From an uncultured Gemmatimonadales bacterium (GTDB lineage Bacteria > Gemmatimonadota > Gemmatimonadetes > Gemmatimonadales > GWC2-71-9), in the NCBI GenBank assembly GCA_963695555.1, contig CAVOGR010000003.1, positions 1 through 64,000 on the forward strand: a stretch of 64,000 nucleotides of DNA, read 5' to 3'. The position numbers and the translations under genes are program-made. This document shows positions 42,491 through 52,891 of this stretch, piece after piece. The stretch's first letter is position 1. Every line of letters begins with the position of its first letter. The notes under the pieces are model-generated. The model was not told where the DNA came from. It saw only the letters and a list, made by a program, of their open reading frames with translations, and ran no database searches.

Positions 42491-45094
42491 TTACCTCTTT
42501 TCCGCCTTCCCCACCCTCACGGCACCAGCACCACCAGCCGCCGCTCGCCGCGAGCTGCGGAGGTCAACCACCACGGTCGTGAACGGGCCCGTGCGGCCTC
42601 CGATCCGCCCGCCCTCCACTCGACGGAGCGCGACAGAACTGCGGACCCGGAACTCCTGCTGGCCGCTCCCCTCCACCGTCACAACGAAGCGTCCCCCGTC
42701 CTCCCGCCAGTCGAGGAGTCTCAGCCCGCGCGACGGATCGCCGGGCTTGGGCCGAGCCTGTTGCGGCACCAACTCCGCGCCGCCGCGATACGTAATTTCC
42801 ACCACCGCACGGCCGGTCACGGTCAGCTCGAAGCTCGGCGACACGTCGTGCGGGGTCCGAACGTCGCGATGCGCCACCGCAGCTCCGTCCACCGTGACCG
42901 ATTCGATCTCGGCACCGAGCGGCAAGGACGGCGCGAGAGACACCACCACCGGCCGGGCGGGGTCACTAGCCGTGAGAGTGATCGACATCCGGTCGTCCTC
43001 TCTTCGGATCGCCGCGTCGAGCTTGCCGCACCCGGTGTCGAGCCGCCGCACGGTCAGTCGGTCCCAGTCGGCCGGAAGCTGGGGCTCGAGCGTCACGCGG
43101 CACCGTGACGCTTCGGCCCGAAACCCGATCAGGCCGCGCACCAAGGGCGACACCAGCATCGAGGTCGCGAAGAACTGGTCCGGCATCGCCGTATCGAGCG
43201 GATCGTAGAACGCTGCCGAGAGTAGCTCCGGCTGGACGCCGAGCGCGAAGTCGTCACCCATGCGGGCGATGGCGCGTAGCAGGTCGAATCCGGCCCAGCC
43301 ACGCCGCATCTGGTACTGGGCCCACGCGGCGAAGCCGGTGACGAACGGCCACACGGCGCCGTTGTTGTAGTGGAGCGGCTCGTACAGCGGATGACGCCGG
43401 TCGAGCGTCCGCACACCCCAGTCGGTGGTGATGTCGGCGCCGGAGATCTGGGCCAGCATACGCCGCGAGCGCTCAGGATCGAGCTGCCCGAATGCCATCG
43501 CCGTCGCGGGCCACACAGTCAGGGCGTCGTTGAGTCGCGTCCCTCCCTGGCCATCCTCCAGCAGGGCGAACGCGTAGCGCCCAGCCGGCTCCATCCAGAA
43601 CCGCCGCTCCAGGCCGGCCCTGGCCCGCTCATGGAGTTCGGTCAGCTCGGTCACTAGTGCCCGGTCGCCCCGGTCGGCCGCGAGCTCGCGCAGTCCGTCC
43701 AGGGCCGACACCCACACGCCGGCGAGATAGATGTCGGTGTGCAACGCGTCGCCCAGCCCGCCGACTTCGATGGCGCCGGCGCCGGCAGTCGGGTTCTCCA
43801 TCAGCCCGTCGCCGTCGGTATCGGTCTCCTTCGACCAACGGTAGGCCAAGAGCAGCTTGTCCCACATCCCGTCGATCCACTCACGGTCGCCCGAGGCACG
43901 CCAGTACTCGACACAGGCCAGGATCCAATAGGGTGTGGTGTCGCCGTGGAACCAGGTATAGCCGTAGTCGGTCCACCAGAGTAGCCGGCCCGCGGCATGA
44001 GAGATCTCGTGCGGGATCTTGCCGTCGTCCCGCTGGTAGCGGGCCAGGAACGACATCCCCTCACGCACCAAATCGAACTGGCCGACGGCGTCCATGGCGA
44101 ACGAGTTGATGGCGGCGTCGCCCCCGAAGTACCAACCGAAACCGGGACGGAAGTTCCCCGCCCCCGCCTTGCCATAGCCCGCCACCAGGCCGCAACCCAA
44201 GTCGGGATTACAGGCCCGCTGGCGGTCGAGGTTCACCTTGGCCCACTCGAACATCCGGTCGAGGGCCGGGTCGGGCGACTCGATCGACACCAGCGAATCG
44301 GTCACGGCGCGATAGTGGGCGACCTTCTCATCCACCAGCCGGCGCGCGTTCGCGAGCATTCGATCGGCCGCCGCCCACATGGAATCGCGCGGCATGACCC
44401 CACCCACGATCACGATCGGCAAGAAGCTGGTCCGGGCCAGTGCCGTGTCGATGGCCATGGTGAATTGGGAGGGAAATGCGGGTGCATCGTGGGCCGCGTG
44501 CGACGTGCCCGAGGTGGCCGCGGGCGAGAGCACGGCGCCGTTGATTGTTCGGACGCCGCCGTTGGTCAGCAGAAAGCCCCGGCGCGACTCGACCCAACCG
44601 ATGTGCTGCCCGCCGAAGCCGCCGGGCCACGCCAGGTTGAAGTCGGCGTTCAGCCGGACGATCACCTCGAGCGGCCGGACCGCGTCGACGTCCAACAGAA
44701 TCAATGCACCGGGCTCGTCCAGCGCGGCCATCACGTGGGCGCGCACGGTGAAGGTCGGGTGCGAGTAGACGATGGTCTTGTAGGCGGGATGGAGAATCAC
44801 TCGCCGCGCCACCGTGGCTCCGTCGATCGGCCGGTCGTAGTCCGGAATGCGGAACGAGAACGACAGGTCGCGCACCAGCTTCACCGGCCAGGTCCACGCC
44901 TCGAATCCTCCAGTCTCGTCGCCGAATAGGGCAGCCTTTCGGCCGACGTCGGCGAGGTACGCGCCCGGCCGGGCCGGACCTTCCAAGTCCACTCGAGACG
45001 AAGGCATCTGAAACTTGGGAATGCCGGTAGGGGCTTGAGCACCAGCAGTCCCCGCGGCACAGGCAATCAGGCCGAGCATTGGGGCGAGTCGCAT
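42491..45094 (-). CDS. Secreted (alpha/alpha)6 glycoside hydrolase, glycogen-debranching/amylo-1,6-glucosidase-like
   Basis: Signal peptide; WYFGGD, GKIPHE, DTDGDGL, WGVRTL and YNNGAVWP; ATG at 45094. Confidence 0.75.
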   Translation of the reverse strand: MRLAPMLGLIACAAGTAGAQAPTGIPKFQMPSSRVDLEGPARPGAYLADVGRKAALFGDETGGFEAWTWPVKLVRDLSFSFRIPDYDRPIDGATVARRVILHPAYKTIVYSHPTFTVRAHVMAALDEPGALILLDVDAVRPLEVIVRLNADFNLAWPGGFGGQHIGWVESRRGFLLTNGGVRTINGAVLSPAATSGTSHAAHDAPAFPSQFTMAIDTALARTSFLPIVIVGGVMPRDSMWAAADRMLANARRLVDEKVAHYRAVTDSLVSIESPDPALDRMFEWAKVNLDRQRACNPDLGCGLVAGYGKAGAGNFRPGFGWYFGGDAAINSFAMDAVGQFDLVREGMSFLARYQRDDGKIPHEISHAAGRLLWWTDYGYTWFHGDTTPYWILACVEYWRASGDREWIDGMWDKLLLAYRWSKETDTDGDGLMENPTAGAGAIEVGGLGDALHTDIYLAGVWVSALDGLRELAADRGDRALVTELTELHERARAGLERRFWMEPAGRYAFALLEDGQGGTRLNDALTVWPATAMAFGQLDPERSRRMLAQISGADITTDWGVRTLDRRHPLYEPLHYNNGAVWPFVTGFAAWAQYQMRRGWAGFDLLRAIARMGDDFALGVQPELLSAAFYDPLDTAMPDQFFATSMLVSPLVRGLIGFRAEASRCRVTLEPQLPADWDRLTVRRLDTGCGKLDAAIRREDDRMSITLTASDPARPVVVSLAPSLPLGAEIESVTVDGAAVAHRDVRTPHDVSPSFELTVTGRAVVEITYRGGAELVPQQARPKPGDPSRGLRLLDWREDGGRFVVTVEGSGQQEFRVRSSVALRRVEGGRIGGRTGPFTTVVVDLRSSRRAAAGGAGAVRVGKAEKR

Positions 45095-45095
45095 G

Positions 45096-46250
45096 CTACC
45101 TCGCAGGCAAAAACCCGAAGGCCCACACCGTCCGCGAGCGGTAGATTTGCCCCGGCTCGAGAATGGTGGAAGGAAACTCGGGGTGGTTGGGTGAATCGGG
45201 AAAGTGCTGGGTCTCGAGGCAGAGCCCGGCGCGCTGGCGGTACACCGCACCGCCCTTCCCGGTGATCGAGCCGTCCAGGAAGTTGCCCGAATAGAATTGG
45301 ACGCCGGGCTCGGTGGTACTGATCTCCAGCGTGCGGCCGGTCGCGGAGTCCACCAGTTGCGCGATCGAGACCACGCCTGGTCCGCCTCGATTCAGCACGA
45401 AGTTGTGGTCGTAGCCGCCGCCGAAGCGGAGCTGTTGGTCGTCCACTTGGATCCGGGCCCCGATACGGTGGGGAGTGCGGAAGTCGAACGGGGTCCCGTC
45501 GACCGATACCAGATTGCCGGTCGGGATCAGGGTCGAGTCCACCGGGGTCATACGGTCGGCCGCGATGGTGAGCACGTGGTCCAGGATGTCTCCCGCGCCG
45601 GCCAGGTTGAAATACGAATGCTGGGTCAGGTTGACCGGTGTGGCGCGGTCGGTGGTGGCCTCGTAGTCGATCACCAGCTCGTTGCGGTCGGTTAGGGTAT
45701 AGGTCACCGTCGCGTGAAGCGTACCAGGGTAGCCCTCGTCCCCGTCGGAACTGGTGTGGGTAAGGCGCACGCCGACACCGCTGTCGCTCTCGAACGGCTC
45801 CGCCGCCCAGACTACCTTGTCGAATCCGCGAAGCCCACCGTGGAGGTGGTTGGGGCCGTTGTTGACGGCCAGGCGATACTCGGTGCCATTCAGCGTGAAC
45901 CGGCCCTTGGCGATCCGGTTGCCGTAGCGGCCCACGATGGCGCCGAAGTAGGGCGAGTCTTTCAGATAGCCGGCCAGGCTGTCGTAGCCGAGTACCACGT
46001 CGCCGGGCGTGCCGCCTCGGTCGGGTACCTCGAGCGAGGTGATGATGCCGCCGTATGTCATGACCCGGACAGTCATCCCGGCCCGGTTGGCGAGCGTAAT
46101 CAGCTCGACCGCTTCACCTGATGGGGTGACGCCGAAGGGTTCGCGGGTCAGATGGTCCTCTCGGGCAGGGGTTTGTCCGGTGTCGTCGGCGGAACAGGCC
46201 ACCATGGCCAGCATGGCCGCGAGCGAGGCCAGGCGCAAGGTTCGGCTCAC
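45096..46250 (-). CDS. galM: Aldose 1-epimerase (mutarotase), lipoprotein
   Basis: [29 protein letters not shown] and [12 protein letters not shown]; lipobox MVAC. Confidence 0.9.
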   Translation of the reverse strand: MSRTLRLASLAAMLAMVACSADDTGQTPAREDHLTREPFGVTPSGEAVELITLANRAGMTVRVMTYGGIITSLEVPDRGGTPGDVVLGYDSLAGYLKDSPYFGAIVGRYGNRIAKGRFTLNGTEYRLAVNNGPNHLHGGLRGFDKVVWAAEPFESDSGVGVRLTHTSSDGDEGYPGTLHATVTYTLTDRNELVIDYEATTDRATPVNLTQHSYFNLAGAGDILDHVLTIAADRMTPVDSTLIPTGNLVSVDGTPFDFRTPHRIGARIQVDDQQLRFGGGYDHNFVLNRGGPGVVSIAQLVDSATGRTLEISTTEPGVQFYSGNFLDGSITGKGGAVYRQRAGLCLETQHFPDSPNHPEFPSTILEPGQIYRSRTVWAFGFLPAR

Positions 46251-48775
46251 GCTCCCTCCTCCCAGATGAGCAGCTCGGTGATCGCCGTCGCGTTCGGAGT
46301 GGCGTGATCGAACACCACACGCACTCGGGTGGTCTCGACCGGCTCGATCCACAGCGTGTTCACGGCCGAGCCTTCCGGTATCTCCGGCAGGCGGCGCTGC
46401 ACCACTGCAGGCAGCCAGTTGCTCCCACTCCAGAATTGCACTGTGAAACCGCTTGGCGCAGCTAGACCGCGGCCTTCGGAAACCAAGTGGACCTCGATCC
46501 GCCCGACCCGACGCGGCTCGCCGAAGTCCACTTGGAGCCAGTCGCTCGGGTTCGTGGTGCCCCGGCCCGACCAGCGGTTTCGGGAGTAGCGGGTGTAGGC
46601 GACCCGGCCGTCGGTTGCCTGGGCGGCGGTGTCGCCCCGGGCGGAGTAGGAAGCTGACGCTCGAGGGTATCCCTGCCCCGACATGTTGATCGCCAGGTTG
46701 CCCGACCGGGCCTCGGGCTCGGCGAACGGGGCCTTGGCGTGGGCCCAGGCCTCGATCTCGCTGAGCCCGCTCGATGCGCCGGGGCGGTGAGTCAGCACCA
46801 GCCGAAGCCGCGCGGTCTCGATCGGGTCGAAGCGAACCGTGGTGGCGCGGCGGCCCTCCGGGACGTCGGGTACGCGGCGCTGGTCCGGAATCTCCTCCCA
46901 TCGGTCGTCGCGCCACATTTCCAGCGCGAACCGTTCGGGCGGTCGAATCGCGTCACCGTCGTCGAGGAAGTAGAGCGTCACCCATTCCACCAGGCGAGGG
47001 ATGCCAAAGTCGATCTCTACCCAATCAGTCGAGTTGCCGGATCCGGCCGCGGTCCAGCGGTTGGGCGGCGACTCGTGATACCAGATGTGCCCGTCGATCA
47101 AGTAGTGCGGCGGTGTGTCCGGCGCGCTGTAGGACGCGGTGACTTGGGGAAACGCGCCGCGACCGTTATTGACGGCGAAGTTGACTGGACGGTCCACCGG
47201 CGAGAGGGCCGGCGCCGGCCCCATGTCGGCCACCAGCCGGGTGAGCCCCGCGCTTTGCCCGATTCGCTTGCCGTTCACGTAGAGCGACAGTCCGGCGCCC
47301 CGTCCGTAGTGCCGTCCGTCCCGGTCCCACACAATCGACACCTCACGGCCGCGGTAGGCTACGCGATCCAGTGCGAACCAGTCCCAATCGTCTGGTATGA
47401 GCGGGTTCACCTCGAGCGAGTCGTCGCCGCGGGGCCGGAGGCCCGCAAGACCCGTGATCACCAGATCCACGTAGCCGGAATGGAAGTAGTGCTCGCTATG
47501 GTAGTAGGTGTCGTGTCCTTCCCATGACCCAGTGAACGGGTCGGCCGCCTCGGCGATGTAGGGCCGGCCGTCCTTGCGTTGATCCATCGTGTAGGTCCGG
47601 AACAACCGGAACCAATCGCCGCGGGTGACGACCCTCTGCTGGTAGTGGTTCAGCAGGTTGGCCATCGCCACCAGCGTCTGGGTGGTGGCGTACGGCCACG
47701 CGTTGCCGCTCCACACACAGCAGGTCGGCGACACCTGGAACAGCGGATCATTCCGCTCCACGGTGGTAGGCCCGAACGGCGCCATGAAGTAGGTCGTGTC
47801 CATGAGGAACCGCCACGCCGCCTCGTAGCCGGGATCCGGCAGGCTGAACTGCCAGGGCACGTAGCCGATCAGCTCACGCCCGTGCTGGTTGCCGGCGTAG
47901 CGGCCCGTTTGATAGGTGCGGCTCCCGGCTCGAATGCCGTTCAGCTCCTCGTCGGCGAACTGGTGCAGGAAGAACTGGCGCTCCGGGTCCCACAGTTCCT
48001 GCTGGACTCGGGCCTTCAAGTCGGCCGCCCGGGCCGCGTAGTCACGCGCGACGGCAGAATCGCCGAGCAGTGTGGCCGCCCTGGCAATCGCGCGGGCGTC
48101 GGCGAAGAGATAGCTGTTGAGCGTCGGGCGATAGCCTTCGGCGCCGGAGAAAGTGTCGCTGGTCTGGCGGCTGTTGATGTTGACTTCCATCCCGTCGTGC
48201 ATTCCATCCCACCGGAACATCCGATGCGACGCATCCCAGTGCTCGTCGATCCAGCCCTGGTACTGGGTCAGCATGTGGGGGAGGACGGTCCTGAGGAAGG
48301 CGGAATCTCCGGTCGCCAAATACGTGGCCCAGACCGCGTCGCCGTACCAGTTGGAGTAGCTCCGGGGTTGGGCGCCCGGCGCCTCAAACCAGTAACGGGC
48401 GAAGTCCTCGACGATTCGGCGGTCTCGGAGCCAGCGGGCCTCGTAGAGTTGGTGGCCGAGTGGGCAGCTGATGGCACCGTAGGCGCCGGACCAAAAGGGA
48501 CGGTCGATGAACTCGGTGAAGGTGTAGCCGGTTTCCGGGGCGCCGTAGGTGAGGTGCTTGGTGAGCACTTCCCAGCGGTAGTAGTAGGTCGCGTCCACCT
48601 CGGCGTCCGGCGACTCAAACAGCGGGAAGTGCCGTTGGTACCAGTCCCAGTCGTGGTTGTCCCACCAGGTCTGGCGACCCAGCACCGTCTCTGGGTCGAG
48701 CAATGGCGGGCTCGGCCGGCATCCCCCGAGGAGGCAGGCAAAGAGAATGGTCGGAACGGACGAGTAGCGAGGCAT
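46247..48775 (-). CDS. Lipoprotein glycoside hydrolase (MGH1/GH63-like barrel) with two F5/8-type (CBM32-like) domains
   Basis: LGGC lipobox; [26 protein letters not shown] and WSGNAWPY; two DW(V/L)xxDFG discoidin motifs. Confidence 0.72.
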   Translation of the reverse strand: MPRYSSVPTILFACLLGGCRPSPPLLDPETVLGRQTWWDNHDWDWYQRHFPLFESPDAEVDATYYYRWEVLTKHLTYGAPETGYTFTEFIDRPFWSGAYGAISCPLGHQLYEARWLRDRRIVEDFARYWFEAPGAQPRSYSNWYGDAVWATYLATGDSAFLRTVLPHMLTQYQGWIDEHWDASHRMFRWDGMHDGMEVNINSRQTSDTFSGAEGYRPTLNSYLFADARAIARAATLLGDSAVARDYAARAADLKARVQQELWDPERQFFLHQFADEELNGIRAGSRTYQTGRYAGNQHGRELIGYVPWQFSLPDPGYEAAWRFLMDTTYFMAPFGPTTVERNDPLFQVSPTCCVWSGNAWPYATTQTLVAMANLLNHYQQRVVTRGDWFRLFRTYTMDQRKDGRPYIAEAADPFTGSWEGHDTYYHSEHYFHSGYVDLVITGLAGLRPRGDDSLEVNPLIPDDWDWFALDRVAYRGREVSIVWDRDGRHYGRGAGLSLYVNGKRIGQSAGLTRLVADMGPAPALSPVDRPVNFAVNNGRGAFPQVTASYSAPDTPPHYLIDGHIWYHESPPNRWTAAGSGNSTDWVEIDFGIPRLVEWVTLYFLDDGDAIRPPERFALEMWRDDRWEEIPDQRRVPDVPEGRRATTVRFDPIETARLRLVLTHRPGASSGLSEIEAWAHAKAPFAEPEARSGNLAINMSGQGYPRASASYSARGDTAAQATDGRVAYTRYSRNRWSGRGTTNPSDWLQVDFGEPRRVGRIEVHLVSEGRGLAAPSGFTVQFWSGSNWLPAVVQRRLPEIPEGSAVNTLWIEPVETTRVRVVFDHATPNATAITELLIWEEGA

Positions 48776-48842
48776 GGGAGCGGGGAGATCCGATCCTTAA
48801 GCTACGCGCGCGCGCGATGGCGGCAATGCTGCGGGTATCGGC

Positions 48843-48901
48843 TCCCACTCCTCTTCCCTATTCCCGGCTCTCTACCCCCTACTCCCTACTCCCTACTCCC
48901 T
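48843..48901 (+). repeat. Heptamer tandem repeat (CCCTACT)n with degenerate 5' part
   Basis: ...ccctact ccctact ccctact ccct. Confidence 0.75.
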
Positions 48902-48907
48902 CACACA

Positions 48908-48958
48908 CGCGGCTGAAGCCGCTGCTCGGCACGGCGTCGCGTTGCGACGCTTGCAGGC
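48908..48958 (+). repeat. REP-like double-hairpin element, copy 1
   Basis: CGCGGCTGAAGCCGCTGCTCGGCACGGCGTCGCGTTGCGACGCTTGCAGGC. Confidence 0.88.
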
Positions 48959-49052
48959 GAATTGCAAGCTCAAGACCCGCCTCCCTACTCCTTACTCCTT
49001 CCTTCCGCGGTCTTGCCGCCTTTCTGCCTTTCCGTCTTTCCGCCTAGTCAAT

Positions 49053-49103
49053 CGCGGCTGAAGCCGCTGCTCGGCACGGCGTCGCGTTGCGACGCTTGCA
49101 GGC
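49053..49103 (+). repeat. REP-like double-hairpin element, copy 2
   Basis: 51 bp identical to 48908-48958. Confidence 0.88.
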
Positions 49104-49187
49104 AAGCGATTCGCTTCTTGCGAGGGCCTGTACCTGAATGCTCAATAAGGGTGACGTGGGCTCTACTGAGGTTACTAGACTCGAACC

Positions 49188-49646
49188 ATGTACCATCGCG
49201 TCTACGTGCATCTCGTGTGGACCACCCGGGGGCGCGAGCCCCTGATCGACCATTATCTCGCGGAATTCCTCTGTGGCTTCCTCCGGGCGGCAGCGAGAAA
49301 GGAAGGTGCCTACGTCCTCGAGATCGGGATGGTAGGCACTCATGTGCACCTGCTCGCGAGGCTGCACCCCACCACGTCTATTTCGCGCCTCGTGCAACGA
49401 CTCAAAGGGGCCAGCTCGGCCGTCGCAACCAAGAAGGGCTATGGCGCCCGCAATGCCCGGCTACTCTGGGCCAAGGGATACTCGGTGCAGAGCGTCAGCG
49501 TGCGAGCACTCGACTCGGTCCGGCGGTACCTACGCACGCAACCCACGCATCATGCCGACGAGGCGATTCCGGGTTGGCAGGGTGACGTGGCTGAGCACGA
49601 CGAAGCGAGTGCGATGATCGCGCCACGGGCCCCAGAAGTCGCATAG
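49188..49646 (+). mobile_element. tnpA: IS200/IS605-family Y1 HUH transposase (stand-alone, RAYT-like context)
   Basis: HLVWTTRGR, HVHLL (HUH), LKGASS, W..GY and YLRTQ..HH; no tnpB follows. Confidence 0.9.
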
Positions 49647-49647
49647 C

Positions 49648-49691
49648 GCGTGGCGCCAGCCACGCCGTGCCGAGCAGCGGCTTCAGCCGCG
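49648..49691 (-). repeat. REP-like element, copy 3 (inverted)
   Basis: GCGTGGCGCCAGCCACGCCGTGCCGAGCAGCGGCTTCAGCCGCG is the reverse-complement variant of copies 1 and 2. Confidence 0.85.
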
Positions 49692-49734
49692 CGAGAATAG
49701 CACGCAACCCGAGGAAAGTCTCGGAGGCCGCACC

Positions 49735-50403
49735 CTAGAACTTGCGTTCATATATGGACCACGCCTCCAGATACCCGTCCGCCCCGAACTCGAAAGAATA
49801 CACAAGATGCCTATAGCCCGAGGCATACCCCCCCTTGGAAAGCGATAGGACGTATAGCCTGACCCCGACACGACCTGTGGGCCGGACAAAAGACTGGTCC
49901 GCGAGCCTCTCGAAATCCCATGGCTCCAGGCGCTCCATTTGCTGGCGGATGTCAACACTGTCCTCGGGTTGCCACCCGTCAGGCTGCCTCGGAAAAAACA
50001 CCTTGTACGCTCCAAAGGGATCAGCCAGCTTAGCCAACAACCGCCCGACATTTGGAGCATCTTGCAGCCCAGTAACGCGAATCCCGAAGGCCCTCGCCAC
50101 GGCTATGAGTTCGGGCGCTTCGAAGCCCCCCAGACGCCAGAAGTGCTCACCTCTTGTCGACGAGATATGAGGGAAAGGGGTGTACGCCCTTGGCTACAGC
50201 TCTATAGACACGTATCGTGTCGGTAATCAACACAGCCTCCACTCGCACGTCATCTGCTGTGAACCTGAAATCGCCATGGTTAGGGAGCAGGTCGGTGTTC
50301 AGCTCAGCCACGACCGCACTCATGCATCGGGGTGAAGGGACAGGTCCTGGGCATACACGGACTTGGCAACGACAACCAGCAAGGCGCTGGCGAGGACGGC
50401 CAT
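49735..50403 (-). CDS. Hypothetical secreted protein split by two frameshifts (pseudogene or error)
   Basis: MAVLASALLVVVAKSVYAQ signal-like start; continues MSAVVAELNT...YLV, then GEHFWRLGGFEAPEL...ERKF in shifted frames; lower GC than flanks. Confidence 0.45.
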
Positions 50404-50542
50404 TACGCGTCGACCCTTACACGTTGCCACGTTACCCCTCCAACAGAGGAAGCGCATCATTCGCGGCGCACGCCCCATTCTGAGACTAGTGTCTGGTTGC
50501 CAAGCGGTGGCTCCAGCCGCACGAGGGAGGGCTATCTCCAAC

Positions 50543-50588
50543 TGGCTATTGTCTATTGGCTATTGGCTATTGGCTATTGGCTATTGGC
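50543..50588 (+). repeat. Heptamer tandem repeat (TGGCTAT)x6
   Basis: tggctat tgtctat tggctat tggctat tggctat tggctat tggc. Confidence 0.9.
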
Positions 50589-50648
50589 CCGTGAAGGTAG
50601 CGTCTTTCCGACCTCCCGCCTCCCCGACTTTCCGCCTTCGCATCCCGC

Positions 50649-51542
50649 TCACGGCTGCTCGGACACATCATAGCTCAGCATGAACTCCAGGAACTTGGAG
50701 ACTTCCACCATGTCCTTCCCGACGAACCTGATGGTGTGGGCGTCCACCCGTTCCACCATCGGCAGGTAGCCCAGCAGCTCGACCGGTCGGTAGTGCTTGA
50801 GGCTGACCTCGAGTGTGATCGGCGGCTGGAGCCGCACCGGCTCGAAGTCCCCGATCCGGCCGATCGCGGCCTTCACTTTCTGGCGGATGACCTTGCGCGC
50901 CGCCTGGGGTGTCAGGGTCTTCGCCGAGTGGAAGCTCACCGCCTGTTTGACAACGGCTCCCTCGACGTCACCGAGGATCGTGCGCGCCTCATCAACGATC
51001 GCGTCGTCGCCTGAGATCATGATCACCGGAACGCCGAAGTGTCCGGCGATAGCGGCATTGAAGCCGGCCTCCGGCACGGCGATCCCGTTGAGCTTGAGCG
51101 CGGTCACGTTGGCGCTCGACATCGTGTGGGCCCGCACTCCTCTGGTATTCGTGGTGCCGGTGTGGTAGCCGATGAAGATGACGCCGTTGAAGCTCGGGTC
51201 GATGCCTTCCATCATCATGAGCGGCCGGGGCCACGACCGCACCACCATCACGTCGTCGGGCAGCTCCTCCAGGAGGAGGTTCTGGCCGTTCCCGTGCGAG
51301 TCGCTGACCAGGATCTCGGTGGCGCCGGCCTCGCGTGCGGCGTCGATCGCGGCATTGACTTCCGCGGTCATAAACTCACGAAACCTGCCGTACTCGAACC
51401 CGTCCGGCCCCAGCTGCTCGCCGGTGACGGCGCCGGCAACCCCTTCCATATCGGCGGAGATGTAGACCTTAAGTGGCTTCTGCGCCAGGGCCGTCGATGC
51501 AACGAGCACAAGCAGACAGAAGAGGAGCGGTGCTGATCTCAT
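50649..51542 (-). CDS. M55 family D-aminopeptidase (DppA-like) with signal peptide
   Basis: SADMEG, DSHG, GYH, HT and ISGDD motifs; MRSAPLLFCLLVLVASTALA signal. Confidence 0.88.
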   Translation of the reverse strand: MRSAPLLFCLLVLVASTALAQKPLKVYISADMEGVAGAVTGEQLGPDGFEYGRFREFMTAEVNAAIDAAREAGATEILVSDSHGNGQNLLLEELPDDVMVVRSWPRPLMMMEGIDPSFNGVIFIGYHTGTTNTRGVRAHTMSSANVTALKLNGIAVPEAGFNAAIAGHFGVPVIMISGDDAIVDEARTILGDVEGAVVKQAVSFHSAKTLTPQAARKVIRQKVKAAIGRIGDFEPVRLQPPITLEVSLKHYRPVELLGYLPMVERVDAHTIRFVGKDMVEVSKFLEFMLSYDVSEQP

Positions 51543-51591
51543 TCGGACCTCGATGGGGTTGGTGCGGGTGCGGAGGGCTATCGGCTGAAGG

Positions 51592-52047
51592 TCACGTGCT
51601 TGGCTCCGGTCGACCGCTGTTACGACCTTTGCGGAACATGATGAATGCGCCGGCGAGGCCAATGACCATGGCCGGCGGACACACGAAGACAGCGGTAACG
51701 TAGGCGACCTGAGCAACGAGTAGCACGATGGCGCGCAAGGGCCAAGCGCCCCCCGTTACCCCTGCACCGACCTCAAAGAGGGCGTGGGGAGCCACGAGAC
51801 CGTACGGAACCACGAAAACACCGAAGCACAGCCCAGACGCATACAATAAGTACTTGAATTCTCGCGCTCGCCGCCAAGGGTGTACCCAGGCGAGAATGAG
51901 GGCGGTCGCCGCCACGAAGGTCAGCACATGCGCGAGACTGCTGCTGCCAAATCCGATCGCCCCAACAGCGATTCCCGCAGCACCGAAGGCTGCCAGAAAA
52001 GTGACCGTTACATGGCGGTGTCGCGGCGTGCTAAGAGCCTGGAGCAT
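51592..52047 (-). CDS. Hypothetical membrane protein
   Basis: About four hydrophobic helices. Confidence 0.6.
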   Translation of the reverse strand: MLQALSTPRHRHVTVTFLAAFGAAGIAVGAIGFGSSSLAHVLTFVAATALILAWVHPWRRAREFKYLLYASGLCFGVFVVPYGLVAPHALFEVGAGVTGGAWPLRAIVLLVAQVAYVTAVFVCPPAMVIGLAGAFIMFRKGRNSGRPEPST

Positions 52048-52110
52048 AGGTTGCGTCGAGGTGAGTTAGCACAATGCTGAGACCAGGAACCCCTATCCTT
52101 CCGCACTCCT

Positions 52111-52164
52111 CCCTACTCCCTACTCCCTACTCCCTACTCCCTACTCCCCACTCCCTACTCCCTA
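52111..52164 (+). repeat. Heptamer tandem repeat (CCCTACT)x7+
   Basis: Near-perfect tandem array starting immediately after the DUF1080 stop codon. Confidence 0.92.
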
Positions 52165-52847
52165 TCACAGCTCCCTCACGTAGATGTTTCGGAAATACAC
52201 CGGACTCCTGTCGTCGTGGTTCTGGAGCCCGATGTATCCCCTCGGCGCGAAGTCGGCCACCTTGCCCCGTGGCTCGGCATCCCAGTCGATCACCGTGGTA
52301 CCGTTCAGCTCGACCGTAATATGCTTTCCCTGAAACGTGATGCGGTACTTGTTCCACTCGCCGGGCGGGTTCGCGGCCTTGGCACTCGGCGCCTCCGCAT
52401 CGTAGACAGCCGCGGTCTGGTGGATTCCCTCACCGGCCTCGTTGATCTGGATCTCGAAGCTGTGATAGATGTAGTCGTCGCTCGACGGCACGCCCGGCAC
52501 TCGGAGGAAGATGCCGGAGTTGGTTTCGCGTCGGCACACTTGAACTCGAGATCCAGCACGAAGTCGCCGTATTGCTTGACCGCATACCAGAAGAGCCCCA
52601 TGCCGCCGTGCGAGGTCAGCATCCCGGTCTCCGGATCGAGGTCGAAGTAGCCCGGGCCGTAATGGTTCCAGCCGTGCTTGGAGTAGCGGCCGTCGTGCTG
52701 CTTCAGGATCTGTTCGAAGCCGTCTTGCATGGTTGCATCCTCTTGGATGGCCGGCACCACGGGGGTCGCATCCGGCCGGCCATGGCCCGGTAGACCACGA
52801 GCGCGAAGCCACCCCTAGACACCGACAAGTACCAGCAGTCGTCGCAT
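52165..52847 (-). CDS. DUF1080 / 3-keto-disaccharide hydrolase family, secreted (frameshifted)
   Basis: YGDFVLDLEFK, NSGIFLR, FEIQI, GEWNKYRI, VELNG, GYIGLQNHD and VYFRNI; reconstructed start MRRLLVLVG. Confidence 0.85.
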
Positions 52848-52891
52848 CTGATTTCACTCGACATAAGATTGGTTGGACAGGCAGCGGCCGG

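Noticed and set aside
48908..49103. CRISPR array from the two 51-bp direct repeats
   Set aside because: The spacer is 94 nt of low-complexity repeats and a third copy is inverted beyond tnpA, which fits REP or IS ends.
49044..49397. Antisense ORF over tnpA, and other long opposite-strand ORFs such as 4680-6497, 28369-30045 and 29931-31793
   Set aside because: They mirror well-supported genes on the other strand and have no motifs of their own.
49647..50540. TnpB/IscB or omega-RNA downstream of tnpA
   Set aside because: No RuvC or zinc-finger motifs in any + strand frame; the coding signal is on the minus strand.
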